A program made the translations under genes and the position numbers. Below the pieces are notes generated by a model, which did not search any database, was not told the origin of the DNA, and worked only from the letters and a program-made list of their open reading frames with translations. From Candidatus Zhuqueibacterota bacterium (GTDB taxonomy: Bacteria > BS750m-G25), in NCBI GenBank assembly GCA_016783505.1, contig JADHWK010000007.1, positions 1 through 64,000 of the forward strand: DNA of 64,000 nt. The letters run 5' to 3'. Below, one piece after another: positions 21,122-30,930 of this stretch (its first letter is position 1; each line of letters opens with the position of its first letter).

Positions 21122-22159
21122 ATGCGGGTTTTGAAGATGCAGAAGGAAAATCTGATGGTATTCTTAGAGTCCATCCGTGGGTTTGGGGAACTCTGGGGAG
21201 TGGTGGACAAAGGGAATAGGTTTGTCTTTGATAAGTTGGATGACCTCTCCGACTATGATTTTAAACCCCGAAAGCCCATGATTCCCCCTAAGTTGTTTAT
21301 GCATCCACCAAAATTTTCCATGTTCCGCTTCAATGAAAAGGGATATGAGGCCGAACTTGAGGAAATTCCCAACCGAGTAATCTTCGGTGTTCTCCCATGT
21401 GATATTCACGGGCTTCTAATTTTGGATAGGCTCTTTGGGGCAGAACCGCCTGATCCTTACTATATGAAGCGAAGGGAAAAAACCATCATACTGGGCCTTT
21501 CATGCGTTCCAGGTGATACCTGTTTGGCTAAAGCGACCAACACCCATGTGGTGGAAGAGGGATTTGATCTTTTCTTCAGCGATCTCGATGATTATTACTT
21601 GGTCTGGGTAGGGTCAAGTAAAGGGGATGATCTGGTGAGGGTTCAGCCTGATCTCTTCGAGGAGAAATTGGAATATAAGGATCTGGAAAAATTTATCGAA
21701 TGGAAGAAGGACAGGGATTCCTGCTACCCAGTAGATTTCGATTTTACCGCTATGCCCGACATCATGGAGCTGAGCTACAACAGTCCGGTCTGGGAGAAGA
21801 TCGGCGAAAAGTGCCTCGCCTGCGGCTCGTGCACCATGGTCTGTCCTACCTGCAACTGTTACGATGTGGTTGACAGGCTGGCCCTGGGAAAATTTGAGGG
21901 AATACGGGAAAGACATTGGGATTCCTGTATGTATAAGGAATATTCTATGGTGGCCGTCGGACACAATTTCAGGGAGGCCAGATCTCAGAGATTGAAGCTC
22001 TGGTATACCCATAAACTCCAGGGCTTCATCGGGCAGTTTGGAAAACCCAGCTGCGTGGGCTGTGGACGCTGTGTAGAAACCTGTCCCGTGGACATCAATG
22101 TGGTTACGGTGGCAAAGGCACTGAAGGGTGAACCAGTAGAAGCATTTTGGAATCGATAG
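21122..22159 (+). CDS. hydB: Sulfhydrogenase beta subunit (AsrA-like Fe-S protein)
   Basis: PCDI, CLACGSCTMVCPTCNC, WDSC, CVGCGRCVETCP. Confidence 0.85.
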   Translation: MRVLKMQKENLMVFLESIRGFGELWGVVDKGNRFVFDKLDDLSDYDFKPRKPMIPPKLFMHPPKFSMFRFNEKGYEAELEEIPNRVIFGVLPCDIHGLLILDRLFGAEPPDPYYMKRREKTIILGLSCVPGDTCLAKATNTHVVEEGFDLFFSDLDDYYLVWVGSSKGDDLVRVQPDLFEEKLEYKDLEKFIEWKKDRDSCYPVDFDFTAMPDIMELSYNSPVWEKIGEKCLACGSCTMVCPTCNCYDVVDRLALGKFEGIRERHWDSCMYKEYSMVAVGHNFREARSQRLKLWYTHKLQGFIGQFGKPSCVGCGRCVETCPVDINVVTVAKALKGEPVEAFWNR

Positions 22160-22361
22160 AAAGTCCATTTTGCCAGGATTTAGTGGTAATCATCAAGTGA
22201 GAGAGTTGTCGAATTCTGTGATTCGGGGTTACTCGTTTACGGGTTTATTATAAAACGCTAAAGCGGCAACTCTGTAAAAAAGAACGATAGCAACATTTAA
22301 TTTAACAGTGCCGAATTTTAGCAGCAAGAATTCGGGAATAATCAAAATAGGAAGGGTTCCA

Positions 22362-23213
22362 ATGCGTGAAGTGGTGAAAGAAGAGAATCCTTTTATTCCA
22401 GAACCCATGAGAATTGTCAGAAGATATAATCTTATTGATGATGTCAAGCTATTTCAGGTGAGGGCCGTTGATATGGAAAGGGCCTTAACCCTGCGTTATC
22501 TTCCGGGCCAGTTCATGATGATCTCCATCGCCGGGGTGGGTGAAGCCCCCTTCTCAATTTCCTCTACCCCTTCCCGGCCGGGACTATTGGAATTCTGCAT
22601 CCGGGAGGTGGGGTCGGTGACCCAGGCGTTATTCAAGTTAAAAGAAAACGCCCAGATTGGGATACGAGGCCCCTATGGAAATGGGTTTCCTATTGAAAAA
22701 ATGGTGGGACACGACCTGATCATTGTGATGGGGGGATTGGGAGTAGCTCCGCTTCGCTCCCTTCTGTATTATGCCCTGGACAATAGGAATCAGTTTGGAA
22801 AGGTCTACCTGCTGTACGGGGCTAAGCGTCCCGCCGAGATGCTTTTCAGGGAAGAGTTTTTAGCCCTGAGGGAAAGGGACGATCTCGAATGTCTGTTGAC
22901 AGTGGACCAGGATGACACCAGGGACTGGCCGTGTCATACGGGACTGGTGACCAGTCTTTTCCAATATGTGAAGGGAATTGATCCCCATAAAACCTACGCC
23001 GCCATCTGCGGGCCGCCAGTCATGTATAAATTCGTCATAGGCCAGTTTCTGAAATTCAATATTCCCAAACACCAAATCCTCATGAATCTGGAGCGAAGGA
23101 TGAGGTGTGGTGTGGGAAAGTGCGGGCACTGCGTTATTGAGTATATCTACACATGTCTCGATGGGCCCGTCTTTTCCTATTGGGATGTCATCCACATGAA
23201 GGAGTTAATTTGA
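22362..23213 (+). CDS. hydG: Sulfhydrogenase gamma subunit (FAD/NAD(P), 2Fe-2S)
   Basis: PGQF, RGPYGNGF, CGPP.M, ERRMRCGVGKCGHC, CLDGP. Confidence 0.88.
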   Translation: MREVVKEENPFIPEPMRIVRRYNLIDDVKLFQVRAVDMERALTLRYLPGQFMMISIAGVGEAPFSISSTPSRPGLLEFCIREVGSVTQALFKLKENAQIGIRGPYGNGFPIEKMVGHDLIIVMGGLGVAPLRSLLYYALDNRNQFGKVYLLYGAKRPAEMLFREEFLALRERDDLECLLTVDQDDTRDWPCHTGLVTSLFQYVKGIDPHKTYAAICGPPVMYKFVIGQFLKFNIPKHQILMNLERRMRCGVGKCGHCVIEYIYTCLDGPVFSYWDVIHMKELI

Positions 23214-23259
23214 CGTCTCGGAATTTCTAAAAAAGGGTTTTAAAGTAGATTAGAATGTC

Positions 23260-23525
23260 AGCAAATCAGTAAGAAGAAAATCAGATTATCAGTTTATCAG
23301 ATTTTATCCTGTCCCCCTGGCCGTAGCCCGGCCACGGGCAGGCAAGATCGTTTCCCCCTGGCCGGGCAGGCAAGACCCTTCGGGCCGAATGTTCTGATCA
23401 ACTGATCAGTCCGGCGCCTGACGGATATTCCTCCAACTGACCCACCTGCCAAGGTTTAGCGGGCAGGTATCCTGATCACTTGATATACTTATTTCCATCA
23501 TTTCACCATTCCATTGTTCCAGTTG
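23260..23525. repeat. Nested intergenic palindromes/short repeats inside the hydrogenase operon
   Basis: ATCAG.. repeats versus ..CTGAT repeats, CCTG...GGGCAGGCAAG twice, TCAGTCCGGCGCCTGACGGA at 23406-23425. Confidence 0.65.
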
Positions 23526-23547
23526 CCCCGAAGGGGGTAAGTTCACT

Positions 23548-24312
23548 ATGGATAAAATAGGATTGTATAGTTTTACGGGCTGTGCTGGTGAGCTGCTCAC
23601 CATTCTTCACTCAGAGGACGAACTCCTCGACTTCTTTGGTTGCGCCGAAGTAAAATTCTTCCTCATGGCTCAGAGTAACAATGAAGAGGTCAATCTGGAC
23701 ATCGCTTTGGTGGAGGGTTCCATCACCACCGACGAGCAGACCGAAAAACTCAGGGGGTTGAGAGCCCGATCCAAGACGCTGGTGGCCATGGGCATCTGTG
23801 CCTGCTTTGGGGGCATCCAGGCCATGAGACGGGGCGATGGGGGCTGGGAGAAACGTTTCAAAAAGATCTACGGTGAGGCGTTGCTTGAAGTTGACAAGCC
23901 TTTCGAGTCTCAACCCTTAGATGCCTTGATCAAGGTTGACCATTACATTCCGGGCTGTCCTATGGACAAGGGACAGTTCTTCTCCGCCCTGACGAGACTT
24001 CTCAACGGCAATCCCCCATCCCTTTACAGATTTCCGGTGTGTAATGAGTGTAAGTGGCGGGGAAACGAGTGTCTGCTCCTGAAGAACATTCCCTGCCTGG
24101 GGCCACTCACGGCTGGCGGCTGCAACGCCATATGTCCATCGTATAGCCTTCCCTGCGTTGGTTGCTGGGGTCCCGTTGAGGAGGCCAATGTGGCCTCGGA
24201 GTATCAACTCCTGCAAGAAAAAGGATTTTCAGGGGATGTAGTCACCAGAAGGATGAAAACCTTTGGTGGGGTGCGAATGGCTCAACTCATCAAAGATGTG
24301 AAAAAAGTATAA
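23548..24312 (+). CDS. hydD: [NiFe]-hydrogenase group 3b small (delta) subunit
   Basis: GCAGE, VEGSI, GICACFGG, IPGCP, VCNEC, CLGP, CVGCWGP. Confidence 0.88.
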   Translation: MDKIGLYSFTGCAGELLTILHSEDELLDFFGCAEVKFFLMAQSNNEEVNLDIALVEGSITTDEQTEKLRGLRARSKTLVAMGICACFGGIQAMRRGDGGWEKRFKKIYGEALLEVDKPFESQPLDALIKVDHYIPGCPMDKGQFFSALTRLLNGNPPSLYRFPVCNECKWRGNECLLLKNIPCLGPLTAGGCNAICPSYSLPCVGCWGPVEEANVASEYQLLQEKGFSGDVVTRRMKTFGGVRMAQLIKDVKKV

Positions 24313-24313
24313 A

Positions 24314-25597
24314 ATGAAGACGATTACCATTGATTCATTGGCCAGGGTTGAAGGCCACGGTGGGATTACGGTTGAAGTGGAAGATGGGCGGGTCAGGGGC
24401 GTCCGGGTTAACATTCACGAGGGGCCGAGATTGATCGAGGCTTTGGTGGTGGGTAAAACGCCGGAGGAGGATCTCAATATTGTCCCCAGAATCTGTGCCA
24501 TATGCACGCTCTCCCATAAATATGCGGCTCTGAGGGGATTGGAGAAGGCTCTGGGCATCGAGGCCCCATGGAAGGCAAAGCTAACCCGGGATCTGATGCT
24601 TCTGGGTGAGATCATGGAGAGTCATTCACTACATATTTTCCTTCTATCTCTTCCTGATTTTCTGGGATATCCTTCAGCCATTGCCATGAGTGACCGATAT
24701 GCGGAAGAAGTGAAGCGGGGTCTTGAACTAAAGCAATTTGCCCACCGCGTGATGGAGATCACCAGTGCCAGGATGATCCACGGGGAAAATCCCATCATCG
24801 GCGGCTTCGGACGGTATCCCACCGATGCTGAACTCTCAGGGATAAAGGAATCCGCTCAAGAACTCGTGGGAGAGGCCGAAAGGGGTATTGAGCTCTTGGC
24901 TTCGTTGGATTATCCCTCCTTTATGGAAGAAGAGACAGTTTTCATGGCTCTCAATCCTCCGGACGACCATTATGGCTTTGTGGGTGATGGGGTTTTGATA
25001 TCCACGGGCGAGGAGAGAAGCGTCGAAGAGTACCGGGAGCTCACCCAGGAGCGGGTCGTTCCTCATTCGTTTGCCAAGCGATCAAGGTATAATGGGAGAA
25101 GTTTTACCGTTGGTGCCCTCGGCCGAATGATTCTGGTGGGGGAGAGGTTGACGGGAAGGACGGGGGAATATTTCAAGAAGCTTTATAACCAACGCTGGAA
25201 GAAAAACCCACTTTTCAATAATCTGGCCCAGGCGATTGAGATCCTCTATTGTCTTGAGAACATCCCTGAGCTCGTTGACGAGATTGTCAAACTCGAAGAC
25301 CCACCTATCGCCAACCCCCCCAGGACAGACGGTGAGGCTACCGGTGCGGTAGAGGCACCCCGGGGTACCCTTTACCACCACTATAAAATAGAGGATGGGC
25401 TGATCTCAGAGGCGGATATCGTGACACCCACCGCCCAAAATCTGGACGATATCGAAAAATATATCGGGATAGCTGCTGAGAAGTTGATATCCCAGGGAGA
25501 AGGAAGTAACCTTGAACTCGGGCTTGAGATGGTGGCCAGGGCCTACGATCCCTGCATCAGCTGTTCTGCCCACCTGGTCAAAGTAGAGAGAAGGTAA
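24314..25597 (+). CDS. hydA: [NiFe]-hydrogenase group 3b large (alpha) subunit
   Basis: RVEGHG, L1 RICAIC, EAPRG, L2 DPCISCSAH plus cleavable tail. Confidence 0.93.
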   Translation: MKTITIDSLARVEGHGGITVEVEDGRVRGVRVNIHEGPRLIEALVVGKTPEEDLNIVPRICAICTLSHKYAALRGLEKALGIEAPWKAKLTRDLMLLGEIMESHSLHIFLLSLPDFLGYPSAIAMSDRYAEEVKRGLELKQFAHRVMEITSARMIHGENPIIGGFGRYPTDAELSGIKESAQELVGEAERGIELLASLDYPSFMEEETVFMALNPPDDHYGFVGDGVLISTGEERSVEEYRELTQERVVPHSFAKRSRYNGRSFTVGALGRMILVGERLTGRTGEYFKKLYNQRWKKNPLFNNLAQAIEILYCLENIPELVDEIVKLEDPPIANPPRTDGEATGAVEAPRGTLYHHYKIEDGLISEADIVTPTAQNLDDIEKYIGIAAEKLISQGEGSNLELGLEMVARAYDPCISCSAHLVKVERR

Positions 25598-25599
25598 AA

Positions 25600-26100
25600 T
25601 TGAAGGGCCTTAACCGGAGCCTGAAAGAGCTCGTTGATTCCAGGTTATTTGTCCTTATAGGACTTGGTAATCCTGATCGGGGCGATGATGTGATGGGGGT
25701 TTGGGTCGCTAAAAAGCTGAAAAATCTGGCCCCGAAAAGGGTTTTCGAGGAAGATGAAGGGATTGAGGGGATAATTCTTGACATTCTAAAGAGGGGGGAT
25801 GTCGGAATGATTCTCTTCCTGGATACAGTGGATTTTGGGGGCCACCCCGGGGAGCTGCGACTATTCTCTCGGGAGAACCTTTCACCCTCTATCATTTCCA
25901 CCCACAAGATACCCTTAAGACCCCTGATGGAACTTCTTGGAAAAAAGGGGAAGGAGAGCTATCTTTTGGGCGTTCAGCCCCGCACCTTGGATTTTGGTTC
26001 AGAGATGTCAGATGTGGTTGAAGAAATCTCGAAAGACCTGATTTCTCATCTATCGCAGGTTATAATAGGGAAGAGAAAGAAAGAAGGGGATGGAACCTAA
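25600..26100 (+). CDS. Hydrogenase maturation protease (HycI-like)
   Basis: GLGNPDRGDD..G, D.VDFG, STHKIPL, GVQP. Confidence 0.88.
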   Translation: MKGLNRSLKELVDSRLFVLIGLGNPDRGDDVMGVWVAKKLKNLAPKRVFEEDEGIEGIILDILKRGDVGMILFLDTVDFGGHPGELRLFSRENLSPSIISTHKIPLRPLMELLGKKGKESYLLGVQPRTLDFGSEMSDVVEEISKDLISHLSQVIIGKRKKEGDGT

Positions 26101-26173
26101 TTTAGGTTTCAAGATAAAAGAAGTTTTTGCCTATGGATTTTTAAAACTGGTAGCGGAGATTGGAATGTGGTAA
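26090..26173 (+). pseudogene. Remnant of an ArsP/SO_0444-type permease
   Basis: MEPNLGFKIKEVFAYGFLKLVAEIGMW* resembles PFKLKEVFRYGFVELAEEIGKW in the intact permease at 40713-41921. Confidence 0.6.
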
Positions 26174-26183
26174 TGGGTGGGTA

Positions 26184-26564
26184 ATGAGAGTAGTTTTTTT
26201 ATGCGAGGAGAACGCCTGTCGCAGTCAACTGGCTGAGGCACTGGCTAAAAGGATGTTTACTGATGTTGGGACAGAATTTGCCAGCGCCGGAACGCATCCT
26301 GCCCCAGAGGTTGACCACCGGGTCCTTAAGGTGTTGCAAGAAGAAGGGATAAACTGGCAAGGCAGGCCTCAATCCCTCGATCAGATAGGAAAACCGGACA
26401 TCGTTGTCACCATGGGCTGTGACGTGGTCTGTCCCTATATTTCAGGACTGAAAACGATTGAATGGGATCTTCCGAATCCGAGGGGAAAACCAATAGAAAA
26501 ATATCGGCAACTAAAACGAATTATTAAAGACAGGCTTTTGGAATTGCGGGAATTTAATTTTTAA
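26184..26564 (+). CDS. arsC: LMW-PTP family arsenate reductase-like protein
   Basis: FLCEENACRSQLAE, SAGT.P, TMGC...CP, W.L..P. Confidence 0.75.
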   Translation: MRVVFLCEENACRSQLAEALAKRMFTDVGTEFASAGTHPAPEVDHRVLKVLQEEGINWQGRPQSLDQIGKPDIVVTMGCDVVCPYISGLKTIEWDLPNPRGKPIEKYRQLKRIIKDRLLELREFNF

Positions 26565-26591
26565 CCTATTCAGGGAAAGGAGGTGAGCAAA

Positions 26592-26759
26592 ATGCCAAAG
26601 GTCAAGGAGGTCGGAGAGGTTTACAGATGTTACATCTGTGGCAATGTAGTGGAGGTAAAAGAGGCCGGCGGCGGCGAACTGGTCTGCTGCGGCCAGCCCC
26701 GTAGGGTGTGAAGCTACTCACGGGGCCAGCCGATGAACCTGGTTGAAAAACCAAGTTAA
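26592..26759 (+). CDS. Desulforedoxin-like Fe(Cys)4 protein interrupted by a 33-nt insertion (now stops at TGA 26709-26711)
   Basis: [36 protein letters not shown]-[RRV*SYSRGQP]-MNLVEKPS*; strong SD; absent from ORF track. Confidence 0.85.
26691..26731. mobile_element. 25-nt hairpin insertion flanked by 8-bp direct repeat GGCCAGCC
   Basis: GGCCAGCC-CCGTAGGGTGTGAAGCTACTCACGG-GGCCAGCC; stem GCCCCGT/ACGGGGC. Confidence 0.75.
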
Positions 26760-27003
26760 TAAAAAGGAAAAATCCAATTAGGGTGAAAAGGAGAGGACGA
26801 GCTAACTGCCCATTAGTTCCGCCATTGATTGAAGGATGAGGGGGAATATCTATACACGTTCAGAAAATTCAAAGAAGAAGAATAACATCACCGGTGCTTT
26901 ACAAAAGTTTTAAGACTTTCCAGTAGGAGCTAATATCCGTACAACCCCCGGTGATGTCTCTTTGTTTAATATATTAGAAAAAACATAAAAAGGAGGCCTC
27001 AAA

Positions 27004-27369
27004 ATGGCGAGATTTGGAGAGGTTATCAACCCTCCGGAGAAGGAGGGCAAGGAGAAGCACGTCCCGGTCATCGAGGCCCCGGCTTCAGTGAAGGCTGGGG
27101 AAAGTTTCCAGGTCACCGTCACGGTGGGAAAGGACGTTCCCCATCCCAATACCGTCGAGCACCACATCAAGTGGATTCAGGTGTTTGTGGCATTGGAGGG
27201 CCGTCCCTATAATCCCGTTCACGTGACCACTTTTGATGTAGGTCCCACTTTCGGTGATCCGAAGGTGACTTTCCCGATGAAGTTGGAGAAAAAGGCCACT
27301 CTTTTTGCATTGGAGTACTGCAACATCCACGGCGTGTGGGAGAACTCGGTCCCTGTCGGGGTTGAATGA
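27004..27369 (+). CDS. Class II superoxide reductase (neelaredoxin)
   Basis: EKHVP, HPNTVEHHIKWI, CNIHG. Confidence 0.93.
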   Translation: MARFGEVINPPEKEGKEKHVPVIEAPASVKAGESFQVTVTVGKDVPHPNTVEHHIKWIQVFVALEGRPYNPVHVTTFDVGPTFGDPKVTFPMKLEKKATLFALEYCNIHGVWENSVPVGVE

Positions 27370-27378
27370 CGGAATGAT

Positions 27379-27404
27379 GGGGGGCGACCTGGCGTCGCCC
27401 CCTA
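27379..27404. repeat. REP-like hairpin
   Basis: GGGGCGAC-CTGGC-GTCGCCCC directly after the SOR stop; could also act as a terminator. Confidence 0.55.
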
Positions 27405-27525
27405 TTGCATTGATTTAATCAAGCCGACAATAAAATGGCATAGGGTGAGGAAAATCAATGGTGGCAACGAACATCCAGAGAAAACCCCCCTTAACAATCG
27501 CATTTCATTCCCAGGGAGTTTAAAG

Positions 27526-29196
27526 ATGATAGATATTAGTACAATTGTCTCCGGCGCCGCCGGTCAGGGGATTCATACCATTGGATATATGCTTGCCAAA
27601 ACGGCTTCAGAAGCCGGATATCATGTCTTTTCATGGCAAGAGTACGAATCGAGAATTCGCGGTGGATCAAATAGCTACCGGATACGAATCAGCGATAAAC
27701 CTGTAAACGCCCCCCTTGGCAAGGCCGACATATTCATGTCGCTGGACAGGGAATCCAAAGCTAAACATCTGCCGTTGCTTAAAACGGATGGCATCTTGGT
27801 TGATGAGGAGGAGAGGGGCGAGAGGGTAATCACCGTACCATTTTCAGCGATAGCCCAAAGGGATTTTGGCAACAAGTTGTTCGCTAACACGGTAGCGGTC
27901 GGGGCTCTTACTGCTGTTTTGGGAATCGAGCTGGCATCGCTTAAAAAGGTGATATCCCACGAGTTCGCCGGAAAGGGTGGAGAGATAGTAAGTAAGAATC
28001 TCTCTGCGGCGGCGGAGGGATATAAGCTGGCCAAAAGAGACTGTGAGGGGAGATGCCCCTGGACACTAACGAAGAGGGAACAACGGTATTATCTAATTTC
28101 AGGAAATGAGGCTTTAGCCCTGGGCGCCTCCGCTGCCGGATGTCGCTTCATGGTTGCCTATCCCATGACCCCTTCTACGGGAATAATAACTTTTCTGTCT
28201 AAGCACAAAGATGAATTGAAGATATTCACCGAGCAGGCTGAGGATGAAATAGCAGCGGTAAACATGGCTATAGGGGCAAGTTATGCCGGTGCCAGGGCGA
28301 TGACCGCTTCCTCGGGTGGTGGGTTTGCCCTGATGGTCGAAGGGATCAGCCTCGCCGGGATGACGGAGACGCCGCTGGTCATCATTCTGGCCCAAAGACC
28401 GGCCCCGGCAACCGGGCTTCCTACCCGAACGGAACAGGGCGATTTGCTTTTCGCAATTAACGCCGGTCACGGGGAGTTCCCCAAGATCGTGTTCGCTCCC
28501 TCTGATCCAAAAGACGCCTTCCATAAAATTGTCCGCGCCTTCAACTTAGCTGACAAATACCAGACACCCGCCATAATTATGACCGACCAGTTCTTAGCCG
28601 ATTCATATTTCACGGTAGAGAATTTCGAGCTCGATAAAATGGTAAGTAAATCCTGTCTGGTAAATCCTGATAAGATACAAAATTACAAAAGGTTCCAACT
28701 GAACGATACCGGCATTTCGCCCCGGCTTTTTCCCGGCCAGAGCCAGCATCTGGTCTGTTGTGACAGCGATGAACATGATGAATACGGTCATATCACTGAA
28801 GATCTGGAGCTGAGGAAAAGAATGGTGGAAAAGAGGCTCAAGAAATACGAGCTTCTGAGAAAGGAGATGAGGCCACCAGAGGAATATCATATCTCCGATG
28901 CTGGGGCCATATTTGTGAGTTGGGGGTCATCGCGGAACGCCGTGCTGGAGGTAGTGGATGTGCTCAGGGAAAATGGAGCTAAGGTTGGGGCAATACATTT
29001 CACCGAACTCTGGCCCCTTCCCGAGTATGAATTTCCGCCCGAGAAGAATTACTACACGGTTGAAAGCAACGCCACCGGGCAACTGGGAAAATTACTTCGA
29101 AGTGACTATGGTGTAAAAGTGAAGGGCACAATAAATCGCTATGACGGTCTGCCGTTGGATCAGGAATATATAAGGGAGAGATTTGAAAATGGTTAA
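27526..29196 (+). CDS. 2-oxoacid:ferredoxin oxidoreductase alpha subunit
   Basis: GAAGQG, SRIRGG, YPMTP, EDEIAA, ATGLPTRTEQ. Confidence 0.93.
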   Translation: MIDISTIVSGAAGQGIHTIGYMLAKTASEAGYHVFSWQEYESRIRGGSNSYRIRISDKPVNAPLGKADIFMSLDRESKAKHLPLLKTDGILVDEEERGERVITVPFSAIAQRDFGNKLFANTVAVGALTAVLGIELASLKKVISHEFAGKGGEIVSKNLSAAAEGYKLAKRDCEGRCPWTLTKREQRYYLISGNEALALGASAAGCRFMVAYPMTPSTGIITFLSKHKDELKIFTEQAEDEIAAVNMAIGASYAGARAMTASSGGGFALMVEGISLAGMTETPLVIILAQRPAPATGLPTRTEQGDLLFAINAGHGEFPKIVFAPSDPKDAFHKIVRAFNLADKYQTPAIIMTDQFLADSYFTVENFELDKMVSKSCLVNPDKIQNYKRFQLNDTGISPRLFPGQSQHLVCCDSDEHDEYGHITEDLELRKRMVEKRLKKYELLRKEMRPPEEYHISDAGAIFVSWGSSRNAVLEVVDVLRENGAKVGAIHFTELWPLPEYEFPPEKNYYTVESNATGQLGKLLRSDYGVKVKGTINRYDGLPLDQEYIRERFENG

Positions 29197-30052
29197 AATA
29201 GAGGCTTATCGCAGCGATGCGGAAAACCAGTGGTGTCCCGGATGCCCGAATTTCGGAATACTGGCTGCGCTGAAAAACGCTTTGGTGAACCTGGGCAAAA
29301 AACCTGAGGAGGTATGTCTGGTCTCCGGCATCGGTCAGGCGGCCAAAATGCCGCATTATTTAAAATGCAATTTCTTCAATGGACTTCATGGTAGAACCCT
29401 CCCCGTTGCCGTGGCCATCAATGTTGTGAACCCGGAGCTGATCACTATCGTGGTGACCGGAGATGGCGATTGCTACGGTGAGGGCGGAAATCATTTCCTA
29501 CATAACATCCGCAGGAACCCTAATATTACCCTTATCGTACACAATAATCAGATATATGGGCTTACCAAAGGGCAGGCTTCTCCCACTACTGAGGCCGAAG
29601 ATAAAACGAGGCTTCAGTTCGAAGGGGTCGAACTCGAACCATTACAGCCGCTGGCGATAGCACTTCTGCACGGATGTTCGTTCGTTGCCAGGGGATATGC
29701 CGGCGATTTTAAACATCTGAGTAATCTGTTAGTCGAAGCAATAAGTTTTAAAGGCTTCTCCTACGTGGACGTGATCCAGCCCTGTATTAGCTGGGGAACC
29801 CATTCCGTCAGTTGGTATAGGGAGAAAATTTACAAACTGCCGCAGGAGTACAATCCCCGCGATAAAGAGGAAGCGCTGAAAAAGTCAGCAGAATGGGGCG
29901 ACAGAATTCCCATTGGCATAATCTACAGGGACGACAAACCACATAGGCTTTTCGGCGATTATTTCCGAAAGAACATCTTTGATGGCAAGCTAACTGAGCT
30001 CGGGTGTCCCCCGCAACGATTAATAGCTGAAATGATAGAAAGGTATAGATAA
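29189..30052 (+). CDS. 2-oxoacid:ferredoxin oxidoreductase beta subunit
   Basis: WCPGC, HGR, GDGD, NN.IYGLTKGQ.SPT. Confidence 0.93.
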   Translation: MVKIEAYRSDAENQWCPGCPNFGILAALKNALVNLGKKPEEVCLVSGIGQAAKMPHYLKCNFFNGLHGRTLPVAVAINVVNPELITIVVTGDGDCYGEGGNHFLHNIRRNPNITLIVHNNQIYGLTKGQASPTTEAEDKTRLQFEGVELEPLQPLAIALLHGCSFVARGYAGDFKHLSNLLVEAISFKGFSYVDVIQPCISWGTHSVSWYREKIYKLPQEYNPRDKEEALKKSAEWGDRIPIGIIYRDDKPHRLFGDYFRKNIFDGKLTELGCPPQRLIAEMIERYR

Positions 30053-30167
30053 AAACGATTTGTAACATTTCAGCCACCCCCGAGGGGTCGGGGTCACTTG
30101 GCAACAAGGCACAAAGAAAAACAAATATGATAATTCTAAAATTTGGTTCTATGTCAATTCTCCCGCT

Positions 30168-30216
30168 AAATCCCCCCCAGCCCCCCTTTATTAAAGGGGG
30201 GAATAAGGGGGGATTT
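30168..30216. repeat. C-rich/G-rich intergenic hairpin
   Basis: AAATCCCCCC..CCCCCCTTTA TTAAAGGGGGG..AAGGGGGGATTT; right half recurs near 46473-46505. Confidence 0.7.
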
Positions 30217-30345
30217 CAAATAGGGACTTTTAAAAAGGCCAAAGAATTCAGAAATAGAATTTAGTGGTTAACTGTTACAAAGATTTTAAGAAGGGCAATA
30301 AATAAGTCGTTCAATCAAAGTGAATTCTTTAGAAAGGAGGAAAAG

Positions 30346-30879
30346 ATGGAGCCCACTCGGATACCTGAAAGAAAAGACCTTGTGACCTTCAAGGGAGAGC
30401 CCATAATCCTGCTGGGACAGGGGTTGAAAGTCGGCGATAAAGCGCCTGAGTTTCATGTCGTGGATAACGATATGAATCCAGTCAAACTTAGCGATTTTAG
30501 TGGGAAAGTGGTGCTGATCAGCGTCACCCCCTCGGTTGACACACCGGTGTGCAACCTCCAGGCGAGCCGGTTCAACCAATTGGCGACCAAGGTTTCCGAA
30601 GATGTGGTTATACTCAACGTCAGCATGGACCTGCCGTTCGCCCTGGGGAGGTGGTGCGCCGCTACGGGATCGGAACAGATTAAAACCCTGAGCGACTATC
30701 AGGAAAGGGATTTCGGGCTCAAATACGGTCTGCTTGTTAAAGAACTGAAACTTCTGGCTCGTTCAGTCTGGCTTATAGATAGTAAGGGAGTCATCCGATA
30801 CATAGAACTTGTCCCGGAAATGACCCATGAACCGGACTATGATAAAGCCTTGGAGGCGTTAAAACAGGTGATTTCCTGA
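30346..30879 (+). CDS. tpx: Thiol peroxidase
   Basis: PSVDTPVC, SMDLPFA..RWC, LLARS, EPDYD. Confidence 0.95.
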   Translation: MEPTRIPERKDLVTFKGEPIILLGQGLKVGDKAPEFHVVDNDMNPVKLSDFSGKVVLISVTPSVDTPVCNLQASRFNQLATKVSEDVVILNVSMDLPFALGRWCAATGSEQIKTLSDYQERDFGLKYGLLVKELKLLARSVWLIDSKGVIRYIELVPEMTHEPDYDKALEALKQVIS

Positions 30880-30930
30880 GAAATAGAGGAGGACCTTAAT
30901 GATAAAACCATTTCAAACAAGGGAGAAAAA

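Noticed and set aside
25540-25575. [NiFeSe] hydrogenase
   Set aside because: The L2 motif is DPCISC with ordinary Cys codons
26709-26711. In-frame TGA in desulforedoxin as selenocysteine
   Set aside because: It lies inside the duplicated-flank insertion, not at a Cys position
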